NCBI GenBank assembly: GCA_044344255.1
Contig: JBIJDH010000002.1
Coordinates: 480,001 to 544,000 of the forward strand
DNA: 64,000 nt
Direction of reading: 5' to 3'
Origin: Myxococcota bacterium
GTDB taxonomy: Bacteria > Myxococcota_A > UBA796 > UBA2385
The translations under genes and the position numbers were made by a program. Below, piece by piece: positions 28,900 through 37,565 of this stretch (the first letter of the stretch is position 1; each line of letters starts with the position of its first letter). The notes under the pieces were generated by a model that was given only the letters and a program-made list of their open reading frames with translations, did no database searches and was not told the DNA's origin.

Positions 28900-29910
28900 A
28901 TGTCCTACCCCGAGCCAGGCCGCCCCTCCCTCCTCGACGAGCCCGCCCTGCTCGAGGTGCGCGACCATGGCGTGGTCCTCCGGCGGGGGCGCACCGATCG
29001 CCCCGAGGCGGTGCGCGTGATCCAGCGGGCGCTCTGCGCCTTCGGGCTGCCGGTGGCGGTCGATGGGGTCTTCCACGGCCCGATGGAGGCGGCGGTGCTG
29101 CGGCTCCAAGCGCAGGTCGGGCTGCCGGCAGACGGGCGGGTGGGGCCCTATACGCTGCACGCCCTCCACCAGGCGCTGCTCACCGGAGAGGTGGCCCGCG
29201 CCGCGCCGCCGCCGCCGCCGCCCGTGCGCGGCCTCTTCGGCGGCGACCGCTTCGGTGACCGGGTGGCGCTCACCTTTGATGACGGCCCGCACCCGAAGCA
29301 CACGCCGCGGATCCTGGATCTGCTCGCGGCCGCGCATCTCCCGGCCACCTTCTTCGTGCTCGGCAACCGCGCCGAGGCGCAGGCCGAGCTGCTCCGGCGC
29401 ATCGTCTCCGAGGGGCACAGCCTCGGCTGCCACAGCTGGGATCACGCCGACCTCGGCCGGCTCCCGGAGGCGGCCGTCGAGGCTCAGCTCCGCGACAGCG
29501 CGCGGGCCATCGAGGCCGCGCTGGGGCCGCCCGTCGAAGGCGCTCCGCCGCGGCCGCCGCTCTGCCTCTTCCGCCCGCCCTACGGGTCCCCCTGGTTCGA
29601 CGCCAGCGCGCGCCGGAAGGAGCGGGTCGGGGCGGTGGTGGCGCGGCTCGGCTGGTCGGTGATCCTGTGGAGCTGTGACAGTCGAGACTGGGTCCACGTC
29701 GGTCACCCCGAGCGGATCGTCGAAGAGGCCCGGGTCTCCTTGCGGCCGGGCCGCGGAGGTGTGGTCTTGATGCACGACATCCACCCTCAGACCGTCGAGG
29801 CCCTGCCCGGGCTGATCGCGCTCGTGGCCGAGCTCGGTCTCACGGTGGTGCCGCTGGAGGCGCTCCTGGACAGCAAGTACGGGCCCCCGGCCCCTGGGGC
29901 GATGACGTGA
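28900..29910 (+). CDS. Polysaccharide (CE4/NodB) deacetylase with N-terminal peptidoglycan-binding domain
   Basis: VDGVFHG...LQAQVGLPADGRVGP (PG_binding_1-like); LTFDDGP, HSWDH, FRPPYG and LMHD motifs. Confidence 0.92.
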   Translation: MSYPEPGRPSLLDEPALLEVRDHGVVLRRGRTDRPEAVRVIQRALCAFGLPVAVDGVFHGPMEAAVLRLQAQVGLPADGRVGPYTLHALHQALLTGEVARAAPPPPPPVRGLFGGDRFGDRVALTFDDGPHPKHTPRILDLLAAAHLPATFFVLGNRAEAQAELLRRIVSEGHSLGCHSWDHADLGRLPEAAVEAQLRDSARAIEAALGPPVEGAPPRPPLCLFRPPYGSPWFDASARRKERVGAVVARLGWSVILWSCDSRDWVHVGHPERIVEEARVSLRPGRGGVVLMHDIHPQTVEALPGLIALVAELGLTVVPLEALLDSKYGPPAPGAMT

Positions 29911-30848
29911 CCGACAACGCCTTCCAAGTCCTCGAAGACTGCCCCGAGTGTCGGGTCCAGTCGGCCATGCTCACCCTCGTCGATCCCACGGTGGCGCAGG
30001 GGGTCGCCGTGGAGGCCTCCTGTCGCCTCTGCGGGCGGCAAGAGCGGGTGGGCGTCGTGGTGACCGCCGGCCTGCGCTTCGTCGCCATCGTCGACGTGAT
30101 CGACGCCCTCGACCGCTGGGCGGAGCGAGAGGGGGAGCCCGACGTCGAGGTCTTCTGCCGCGCCAACATGGCCGGCCTGTCGGCCACCGAGGTCAGCCGG
30201 CGGGTGGTCGAGGGCCAGGTGGTCGAGACCGGCTTCGACGTCGTCGCCATGCTCTTCCCCGGCATGGCCGGTGGCGGTGGCGGTGGCGGTGGCGGTGGCG
30301 GCAGCACCGTCCCCCTGGAGGAGCTGCGAGACCGGCGTCGCGGCCCTGCGCCTCCGTCTCGGCCGGCGGGCAGCGCTCCCGCTCCCGGGACGATCCCGGT
30401 GTCTCCGCTCCCCATCCCGCTCGAGGCCCTCCAGCCGCGCCGCACCTCGGATCCTTTCGCGAAGGCCGCGGTCGCCGCGCGGGCCCTCGCGGCCGTGATG
30501 GTGGCCGATGGGCAGATCAAGGTGACCGAGCGCCGCTTCCTCGAGGCCTTCCTCGCGCGCGCGGGCCTCGCCGCGCTCCGCCCCGAGGACATTCGGGCCT
30601 GGCGTCCCGGCGAGCTCGCCATCCCCAACGAGCCCCGTCCGATCGTCGAGGCGATGATCCAGCTCGCCCATATCGATCACGAGAAGGACGGATCGGAGTG
30701 GCGAGTGGTCCGAGAGTTTGCGCGGCATTGGGGTTACCCGCTCACCGAGCTGGAGGCGCGCGGGCGCCGCCTCGAAGAGTCCCACGCCCCGATCCACACC
30801 CAGATCTGGCGCGGGCTCCGGTCGATCTTCCTCACGGAGCAACGATGA
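29907..30848 (+). CDS. Zn-finger + TerB-like domain protein
   Basis: CPEC...CRLC; Gly11 linker; ALAAVMVADGQIKVTERRFL and AHIDHEKDGSEWRVV (TerB-like ADG..E repeats). Confidence 0.75.
   Translation: MTDNAFQVLEDCPECRVQSAMLTLVDPTVAQGVAVEASCRLCGRQERVGVVVTAGLRFVAIVDVIDALDRWAEREGEPDVEVFCRANMAGLSATEVSRRVVEGQVVETGFDVVAMLFPGMAGGGGGGGGGGGSTVPLEELRDRRRGPAPPSRPAGSAPAPGTIPVSPLPIPLEALQPRRTSDPFAKAAVAARALAAVMVADGQIKVTERRFLEAFLARAGLAALRPEDIRAWRPGELAIPNEPRPIVEAMIQLAHIDHEKDGSEWRVVREFARHWGYPLTELEARGRRLEESHAPIHTQIWRGLRSIFLTEQR
30270..30302 (+). repeat. (GGTGGC)5 + GGC poly-Gly coding repeat
   Basis: Direct reading; 11 Gly. Confidence 0.9.
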
Positions 30849-31834
30849 GCCGCCAGTCCCCCTTCGCACCTGAGGCCGGTCGGCCCACCGATCCAGCGCG
30901 GGCCGCCGCCGTGAAGGGCTTCGGCGAGGCCTTCGAGCGGGTGGTCCGGAACGTCGGGCAGATCATCAAGGGGAAGGACGACGTCGTGCGGCGGGTGCTG
31001 CTCGCCATGACCGCGAAGGGCCATGTGCTCTTGAAGGACGTCCCGGGCACTGGCAAGACGATGCTGGCCCGCGCGATCGCGGCCTCCGTGCAGTGCAACT
31101 TCAAGCGCATCCAGTTCACGCCAGACCTCCTCCCGATGGATGTGACCGGTACAAACGTCTTCAACCTTCGCAGCAAGGCCTTTGAGTTCCAGGCCGGGCC
31201 GGTGTTCACCAACATCCTGCTCGCCGACGAGATCAACCGCGCGACGCCAAAGACCCAGTCAGCCCTCCTCGAGGTGATGGCCGAGGGCCAAGTGACCGTC
31301 GAGGGCACCACTCACGTGATGCCGCCGCCCTTCCTCGTGATCGCGACGATGAACCCGCTCGATCACCAGGGCACCTACGTGCTCCCCGCCGCCCAGATGG
31401 ACCGCTTCTGTATGCAGCTCTCGATGGGCTTTCCGCCCCCCGAGGCCGAGATGGAGATGCTCGACGTTCACCTCTCCGAGCGGCCGCCCGTCGACACCCT
31501 CGGCGCGGTGATCGATCAGGCGGGCTTCCTGTCCTGGCAGCAGATGGTGCCGAAGATCTTCATCGGCGAGCAGGTGAAGGGCTACCTCGTGGGCCTCGCC
31601 AACTACATCCGCTCCGACAGCCGCTGCCTCGCGCCCCCCTCGCCGCGCTCGGTGCTGATGCTCGCGCGGGTGGCCCAGGCTCACGCGATGGCCTCCGCGC
31701 GGGACTTCGTCTCTCCCACCGACGTCGCCGCGGTCGCGCCGGACGTGCTCTCTCATCGCCTCGTCATCAGCGGTGACGAGACCGGCCACGCCTATGTGGC
31801 CGAGGTGATCCAGAAGGTCCGCGTCCCCACCTGA
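30845..31834 (+). CDS. moxR: MoxR-family AAA+ ATPase
   Basis: DVPGTGKT, RIQFTPDLLP, LLADEINRATPKTQSALLE, ATMNP and AQMDRF motifs. Confidence 0.95.
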   Translation: MSRQSPFAPEAGRPTDPARAAAVKGFGEAFERVVRNVGQIIKGKDDVVRRVLLAMTAKGHVLLKDVPGTGKTMLARAIAASVQCNFKRIQFTPDLLPMDVTGTNVFNLRSKAFEFQAGPVFTNILLADEINRATPKTQSALLEVMAEGQVTVEGTTHVMPPPFLVIATMNPLDHQGTYVLPAAQMDRFCMQLSMGFPPPEAEMEMLDVHLSERPPVDTLGAVIDQAGFLSWQQMVPKIFIGEQVKGYLVGLANYIRSDSRCLAPPSPRSVLMLARVAQAHAMASARDFVSPTDVAAVAPDVLSHRLVISGDETGHAYVAEVIQKVRVPT

Positions 31835-31918
31835 GCCCCGACTGAGAAGAACCTGCGTAGCCCTCACCCCGCCCTGAGCTGCTCCGGCATCGCCCTCAAC
31901 GGGTGCGGCCTGTTCCTC

Positions 31919-33595
31919 ATGCCCTTCTTCGTGGGCGGAGCGGCCAGCTTCTTCTTCGAGGTCTCCGAGGTCGCAGACACGGCGTCTTGGCTGCTGGTGC
32001 TGTCCTTCCTGTTCATCGTCCCGCCCTTGCTGCTCCAGGGCATCGGCGTGGTGATCAAGGTGGGGCGGGAGCGGCGCTTCCTCGCGGAGTCCGGTCAGCT
32101 CAATTCTCGGAACGTGCTGGCGAGCGTCCACCGACACCTCCGCATCGTCACGCCGCGCGGCTGGGCCGCCCTCGTCACGGGGCTGTGGTTCGTGGTGCTC
32201 GCCCTCTCGGCGAAGTGGGCCAGCCTGGGCTTGCTCGCGGTGCTGAGCCTCTTCTTGTTCTACACCGTGCTCGGCGCCACCTCCTTCCTCTCCACCTTCC
32301 AGGTGCAGACCTTCGAGCGCGGCCTCGGCCGCGGCTCATCGGGGATCCGGCGGGAGCTCTCGCCGGCGGTGGTGCTGGCCGGGGAGGAGGCCGAGGAGCG
32401 GATGTTGCTGTCGCGGGTGCCCGTCCCGGCCGGCTTCCAGCTCTTGATCGAGGACAACAACCCGCCCGAGCTCGCCACCGAGAGCCGCTACGCCGTCGGC
32501 GCCGGTGCCAAGCGAAAGATCGTGACCTTGAGCGGTCGCTTTCGTCGGACACCCCGCGGCCTGCACCGCCTCGGGCCGGCGCAGATCTGGTACCAGGACG
32601 CGCTCGGCTTCACGCGGGTGAGCGTCGCCTCGCTGGCCACCGCCGAGCTCAAGGTGCTGCCGCGCTTCCGGCCGCTGGAGATCCTGGAGCCGCCGCGGAG
32701 CCGCCTCGAGGCGCCCGACGTGCTCACCAAGCCCCACCGCTTCGCGACCGAGGACCACTTCCGCTTCAAGGAGTATGTGGCCGGAGATGACACCCGGCGC
32801 ATCCACTGGCGACTGTCCATGCGCTCCGGTCGCCTTCAGGTCCGCCAGCCGGAGACCCGCGAGACCACCACCCGGCAGGTGGTCCTCCTCCTCGACACCT
32901 GGCTGCCCCCGGGCCGGATGCTCGATGACGCCGTGGGAATGGGCAAGATCCTGGACGCGCTCGTGGAGGTCTGGATCAGCCTCGCCTCCGAGCTCCTCGA
33001 TCGGGGAGACCGGGTCACCCTCGTCGGCGCTGTGGACGACGGGCGCGGCAATGTGCGGGTGGAGCGCCTCGAGGGGTCGAGTGACACCCGGCGCTGGCAG
33101 GACATGGGCGCCCGGGCCCGCTGGCAAGGGGTCCTCGATCTCCCCGCCGTCATCGGGCAGATCGGCAAGGAGATCCACGCCGTCGCGCTCACCAGCCGCT
33201 TCTTTGCGCCGCCGCCGGGCAAGGAGCTCGGCGGCCAGGACTTCACCTGGGTCTACCTCCCGCCCCTCGGCTCGCTCGGCAAGCGGGAGCCGCCGGTCTG
33301 GGAGCAGTGGGCGGGCCTCGGCCCCGGCGCGCCCCTGCGGCTGATGTTGCGGATCTTCCGGCTCCCGGGGCCGGCGGGCAGCGACGAGAACGCCTTCGTG
33401 CGGCAGTTCACCGACCTCTACCGCTTGAACAAGGAGGTCTCCGCGCGGCACCGCTTGCGGCAGGTCGCCTTCCGGGAGGGCGCCCGGACCCTCGAGACCC
33501 TCAAGACCCGCGGCGACACCGTCTATCGGCTCGATCCCGGCGCCATCGGCCACCGCCTCGTCGGGCTGGTGTCCGGCGGCAAGGCGGCCCGATGA
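31919..33595 (+). CDS. DUF58-domain membrane protein (true start may be upstream, e.g. CTG 31853)
   Basis: N-terminal TM helices; KEYVAGDDTRRIHWRLSMRSGRLQVRQ DUF58 signature; VVLLLDT. Confidence 0.88.
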   Translation: MPFFVGGAASFFFEVSEVADTASWLLVLSFLFIVPPLLLQGIGVVIKVGRERRFLAESGQLNSRNVLASVHRHLRIVTPRGWAALVTGLWFVVLALSAKWASLGLLAVLSLFLFYTVLGATSFLSTFQVQTFERGLGRGSSGIRRELSPAVVLAGEEAEERMLLSRVPVPAGFQLLIEDNNPPELATESRYAVGAGAKRKIVTLSGRFRRTPRGLHRLGPAQIWYQDALGFTRVSVASLATAELKVLPRFRPLEILEPPRSRLEAPDVLTKPHRFATEDHFRFKEYVAGDDTRRIHWRLSMRSGRLQVRQPETRETTTRQVVLLLDTWLPPGRMLDDAVGMGKILDALVEVWISLASELLDRGDRVTLVGAVDDGRGNVRVERLEGSSDTRRWQDMGARARWQGVLDLPAVIGQIGKEIHAVALTSRFFAPPPGKELGGQDFTWVYLPPLGSLGKREPPVWEQWAGLGPGAPLRLMLRIFRLPGPAGSDENAFVRQFTDLYRLNKEVSARHRLRQVAFREGARTLETLKTRGDTVYRLDPGAIGHRLVGLVSGGKAAR

Positions 33596-35112
33596 GCGCG
33601 GCGGGGGCCGGCCAGGGCGCGCCGAAGCGCCGCTTTACGACCGCCCCGCTCGGGGCGGGCAGCGCCGCGCGCCCGGGGGCCTGGCGGGCGGAGCTCTGGG
33701 AGCAGATCCGCGAGGTGAGCCGCCCGCTGATCACCTACTGGATCTTCCTGGCGACGATGTTCGGCGCCTTCTCGGTGGCGGCGATGCTCGAGGGGCCGAG
33801 CCTCGAGAGCTTCGGCTTCCTTGCCTGCCTCGCCCTCACCACCTTCTCTTGCGTGGCGGTCGGGCAGGCCCTCGCCCTGCTGAGGGTGCGGGATTGGGTG
33901 CTCTTCACGATCTGGGGGCTGACCTGGACCGTCGGCAGCGTGCTCGGGATGATGGGCGCGGTCGCCGTGAGCTTCGTCGCCGCGCCGCTGGCCGTGCTGA
34001 TCTTCTGCTACGTCTTCTTCGGGCCGATGTTCCTCCTGGGCGGGGCCTGGAGCGTCGCCACCAACCGCGCCCTCTACTCCACCTGGGTGCCGATCCTCTA
34101 CGCCTCCGCCTCCGCGATCATCATGGCGGAGCGGAAGGGCAAGGTCGCGACGTGGATGGCGGGCGAGAAGTGGGCGGTCTGGGATGTGTTCACCTTTGGC
34201 GTGCTGGGCGCCGGGATCGCCCTGCTGCTCGCCTTCCTCGTCAGCCGCGAGTCCCATCGCCTGCACCTGTGGCGTCGAAACGAGCGGGGGCTGCTCCGCG
34301 GCTCCGTGAAAGAGGAGGGCGCCGCGCGGCCCCGCCTCTCCTGCCTCGGCTGGCTGATGCTGTGTGTGCTCGCCGGCGGGCTCGCCATCGGGACCGCCGC
34401 GGTGGCCCCCTTCCTCTGGCGCACCGGCCCCTCCGACAAGGGAGAGGAGACCGATCAGCAAGACCCGCAAAAAGACAAACAGAAAGACAAGAAGAAGGAC
34501 AAAAAGAAGGACAAGGGCAAAGACAAGGGGAAGGACAAGAAGAAGGACAAAGGCAAAGACAAGGGGAAGGGCGAGCCCGACAAGAGCTGGCGAGACAAGG
34601 CCAAGCACAAGGTGTCCGACGTCGGGGAGGAGGTGGAGCAGAACCTCGAGCCGGTCGTGCAGCAGGGGGTGGACCTCCTCTCCACGATCATCACGATGCT
34701 GATCCTCGGACTGCTCGCTTTCTTTCTGTTCTATCGGCCGGTCAAGCGCCTGCTCACCATTCGCCACCTCCGCCGCCCGTACTGGGCGCAGCTCCCCACC
34801 GACCGCATCGAGCAGGGCTGGCGGCTCGTGGAGATCGCCCTCGGTGACGCGGGCGTGGAGCCCGTCTCCGGCGAGCCCGCGGTGAGCTACTTCGCGCGGG
34901 CCGAGCCTGCGCTCCACAAGCTCGTGTCGGGCGCTCCGGAGGTGCACGGCCTCTGGGCCGCGGCGCAGATCCGAGACCGGGTGGTCTTCGGCCTCGGCGT
35001 CGGCCCCGACGACCTCGCGCTGATGGACCGGGTGTCGGGTTGGGCCTACGACACGGTGTGGGATCGGCTACAAGACCGCGGGCAGATCAAGGCGCTGTAT
35101 CGCGGGATCTGA
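33592..35112 (+). CDS. Polytopic membrane protein with Lys/Asp-rich loop and small C-terminal domain (possibly DUF4129-like)
   Basis: Eight or more hydrophobic segments; (KDKx)n loop; ATGA overlap with the DUF58 gene. Confidence 0.8.
   Translation: MSAAGAGQGAPKRRFTTAPLGAGSAARPGAWRAELWEQIREVSRPLITYWIFLATMFGAFSVAAMLEGPSLESFGFLACLALTTFSCVAVGQALALLRVRDWVLFTIWGLTWTVGSVLGMMGAVAVSFVAAPLAVLIFCYVFFGPMFLLGGAWSVATNRALYSTWVPILYASASAIIMAERKGKVATWMAGEKWAVWDVFTFGVLGAGIALLLAFLVSRESHRLHLWRRNERGLLRGSVKEEGAARPRLSCLGWLMLCVLAGGLAIGTAAVAPFLWRTGPSDKGEETDQQDPQKDKQKDKKKDKKKDKGKDKGKDKKKDKGKDKGKGEPDKSWRDKAKHKVSDVGEEVEQNLEPVVQQGVDLLSTIITMLILGLLAFFLFYRPVKRLLTIRHLRRPYWAQLPTDRIEQGWRLVEIALGDAGVEPVSGEPAVSYFARAEPALHKLVSGAPEVHGLWAAAQIRDRVVFGLGVGPDDLALMDRVSGWAYDTVWDRLQDRGQIKALYRGI
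34471..34572 (+). repeat. Low-complexity Lys/Asp coding repeat (KDKKKDKGKDKG...)
   Basis: A-rich aaggacaag/aaagacaag units. Confidence 0.9.
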
Positions 35113-35126
35113 CGGTTGGAGGGGGG

Positions 35127-36095
35127 ATGGTCGTGGACGCATCGGTCGTGGACGCATCGGTCGTGGACACACTGGCCCTGGCGCACGGCCCGGAGCTCGT
35201 CGAGCGTGTCGCTGACTTCGGCGGAACGCTGAGCCCAGGGCTCCGACCGACCTTCGAGGCCCTCACCCAGGGTTCGGGTCGCGGGGCGGACGCTCCGTTC
35301 GAGGCCGGGCGCTGGCCGCTCCGCGCGCCAGAGGTGCTGTTGCCGCTGTGGCTGACCGGTGCAGGGAGGTCGGGGTGGTTACGCCTCGACGAAGACGTCC
35401 TGCTCGACATCCTCGAGGCTGCGGTCTTTGGGGCCCTCCACGCCCGCCTGCTCGAGGATGAGTCGGCCGGGGGCGCGCTGGAGCCGAAACGACGGGCCCT
35501 GCTCGGCCGCGCCCTCTTCGCCCGCCACAGCGCGCTGCTCTCCACGGCGGTCGGCTCGCACCCGGGCTTCTGGTCCTTGTTCGAGGAGCGGTGGGCCCGC
35601 GCGGGGGACGCGCTCCTGCTCGATGGGGAGCTCGGAGACCCATCGGCGCCCTTCGAGGCCAGCCTCTTCGAGCGGCTGCTCGACGCCTCCCGCCCCCAGC
35701 TCCTGCCCGGCGCCGCGGTGCTCGTCGTGGCGGGCCGATGGGAGGAGCTCTCCCTCCTGTCGAGCTTCGTGGATCACCTCGTTCGAGGCCACCGGCTCCT
35801 GGAGGACGTAGACGCCCTCCTCTCGGACACAAGCGCCGGCCGCCGCTCCTACGTGAGCGTGCGGGTCGGCGGGCGGCTCGACCTGCGCAGCCTCGTCGGT
35901 GAAGGCAAGCTGGACGCCATCCTGGTCGAGGCCCGCGACGAGATCCGCGCCGCGATGGGCGCCGCTCGGGCCCTGCGGATGACCGAGGCGCTGCCCGTGC
36001 TGTCGGCCCGCATCGAGGAGGCGAGCCGTCGCCAGGAGGCCTTCTACCGGCGGGTGTTCCGCGGCATCCTCGCCGGCGCCAGCCGCCCAAGCTGA
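35127..36095 (+). CDS. Hypothetical all-helical protein, possibly a degenerate class I isoprenoid-synthase fold
   Basis: LPLW, HARLLED, FWSLFEERW and HRLLEDVDALLSD..AGRRSY resemble eroded DDxxD regions. Confidence 0.6.
   Translation: MVVDASVVDASVVDTLALAHGPELVERVADFGGTLSPGLRPTFEALTQGSGRGADAPFEAGRWPLRAPEVLLPLWLTGAGRSGWLRLDEDVLLDILEAAVFGALHARLLEDESAGGALEPKRRALLGRALFARHSALLSTAVGSHPGFWSLFEERWARAGDALLLDGELGDPSAPFEASLFERLLDASRPQLLPGAAVLVVAGRWEELSLLSSFVDHLVRGHRLLEDVDALLSDTSAGRRSYVSVRVGGRLDLRSLVGEGKLDAILVEARDEIRAAMGAARALRMTEALPVLSARIEEASRRQEAFYRRVFRGILAGASRPS
35129..35168 (+). repeat. 15-bp tandem repeat at the gene start (VVDAS x2 + VVD)
   Basis: ggtcgtggacgcatc x2 + ggtcgtggac. Confidence 0.9.
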
Positions 36096-36124
36096 GGCCG
36101 CCGCAGGCTCCTTCGCGGTGGGCT

Positions 36125-37444
36125 TCAGTCGCCCTCGGCCTCCGTCCAGAACTCTTCGAGCTTCTCGCTCGCGCCGCCGACCCAGGTGTCCAGCATGTTG
36201 CGCGTGCTGCCGATCGAGGACTCCGGGCACTCCCGCCGCGGATCGGCGTGGGCGGCGTCCGAGGTGAGCGCCGACCAGGCCTCCATCCGGGTGAGGAGCG
36301 CCTCGGTGGGGAGCGTGGGCAGGACCTCGGCGAGGATGGCCCGCTGCTCGTCCGCACACTCATCGTCGCTCCAGCACCGCTGGGCGATGACGCCCTGCGG
36401 TCGGCTCCAGCTCATGCCCCAGGCGCTGGCCCGCGTGAAGGCGTAGTCCAGATCGTAGGGGATCAGCCGCGCCCGGCCGTCCTCTGGGTTGAAGTAGACT
36501 CGGTAGTTGTTGGTGTCGAGGACGTAACCGTCTACGTGACCGATCCACTGCTCGGCGAGCATGTACCGATGCAGTTGATCGGGATCAAGCAGCGGATCCA
36601 TCCGCTGGTGGAAGGGCTGATCGGTGTCCCGGAGCGCGTCCGTGATGGCGTGGATGTCGGCGAGGCCGACGTCGCTGCCCTCTTCGAGGGTGAAATTCTC
36701 CTGGGCGCTGTTCGTGAAGTCCGCCATCGCATAGTCCCACTCGCCGTACCAGATGTACTTGCCATCGTAGAGGTTCCCCCCGGGGGAGGGGAGGCGCCGC
36801 TCCAAGAAGGCGTCGTCGGGGAACTCGACGATGACGTAGAGGCCGTACTCTTCACCGTTCACGGTGACCTGCGCGAAGCTGGTGCGGGGCGCGACGACGC
36901 CGAAGGCCTCGAAGATCGCGTAGCCCGTGGGCTCCCGGATGTAGGAGCAGTCCACCACCTCGTTGTTGAGGGCGAGGGTCTCGAGGCCCTGGAAGTCCTG
37001 CCCGGCGTCATACTGGTTGAAGTCGATCTTGAACTTCGGCTTTCCGGTCAGATCGCGGAAGGAGCCGATCTTCCCGCGCAGCCGCACGCCGACCTGGGCC
37101 ACCGCCTCCCCGTCGAGCGTCACGTCGCCCGGGGTGAACTCGTAGGGGGCGGCCGCCAGGGCGGCGAGCGAGGCCTCGTCGAGCTGGATCTCGATCTGGT
37201 GGAGCACGGTGTCGTCGAGGATGGGCGCCGGCGCCGCCCCCAGCCAGTCGGCGGGCTCGTCGGTGGGGAGGGGGCCGCCGCTGTCGGTGCCGGGCTCGCT
37301 GGCGGTGTCGTCGCTCCCGGGCGGGAGCGCCCCGCGCTTGGAGCCGGAGACCGCCCCCGAGCGGCAGCCCACCGCGGTGGTCAGCGCGAGCAGGAGGGCC
37401 GGCAGGCACAGGGCGCTGGAGGAAGACGGGCTTCGCGTTCGCAT
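36125..37444 (-). CDS. CotH-family kinase lipoprotein
   Basis: Lipobox AVGC; GVRLRG, KFKIDFN, LALNN, NNYRVY and IPYDLD motifs. Confidence 0.88.
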   Translation of the reverse strand: MRTRSPSSSSALCLPALLLALTTAVGCRSGAVSGSKRGALPPGSDDTASEPGTDSGGPLPTDEPADWLGAAPAPILDDTVLHQIEIQLDEASLAALAAAPYEFTPGDVTLDGEAVAQVGVRLRGKIGSFRDLTGKPKFKIDFNQYDAGQDFQGLETLALNNEVVDCSYIREPTGYAIFEAFGVVAPRTSFAQVTVNGEEYGLYVIVEFPDDAFLERRLPSPGGNLYDGKYIWYGEWDYAMADFTNSAQENFTLEEGSDVGLADIHAITDALRDTDQPFHQRMDPLLDPDQLHRYMLAEQWIGHVDGYVLDTNNYRVYFNPEDGRARLIPYDLDYAFTRASAWGMSWSRPQGVIAQRCWSDDECADEQRAILAEVLPTLPTEALLTRMEAWSALTSDAAHADPRRECPESSIGSTRNMLDTWVGGASEKLEEFWTEAEGD

Positions 37445-37503
37445 ACAGGAGGGTAGCCCCGCCGAGGCCGACGGTCACCCCCTTTGCCGCCGCGGAGGTC
37501 ACC

Positions 37504-37538
37504 TTGACGTTGTTCAAACTGTGTGCATGGTTTGTGCG
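37504..37538 (+). promoter_or_regulatory. Putative promoter (-35 TTGACG) with 11-bp-periodic direct repeats resembling a CarH/CarA/LitR operator
   Basis: TGTTCA 37511, TGTGCA 37522, TGTGCG 37533 (TnnACA on the minus strand, period 11) in an AT-rich patch upstream of the photolyase. Confidence 0.65.
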
Positions 37539-37565
37539 TCACCCTCCGACCGGCCCGCGGCACCC

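Noticed and set aside
31832..31880. Selenocysteine TGA with SECIS at the MoxR-DUF58 junction
   Set aside because: There is no convincing bacterial SECIS hairpin, and MoxR already has its normal length at this stop
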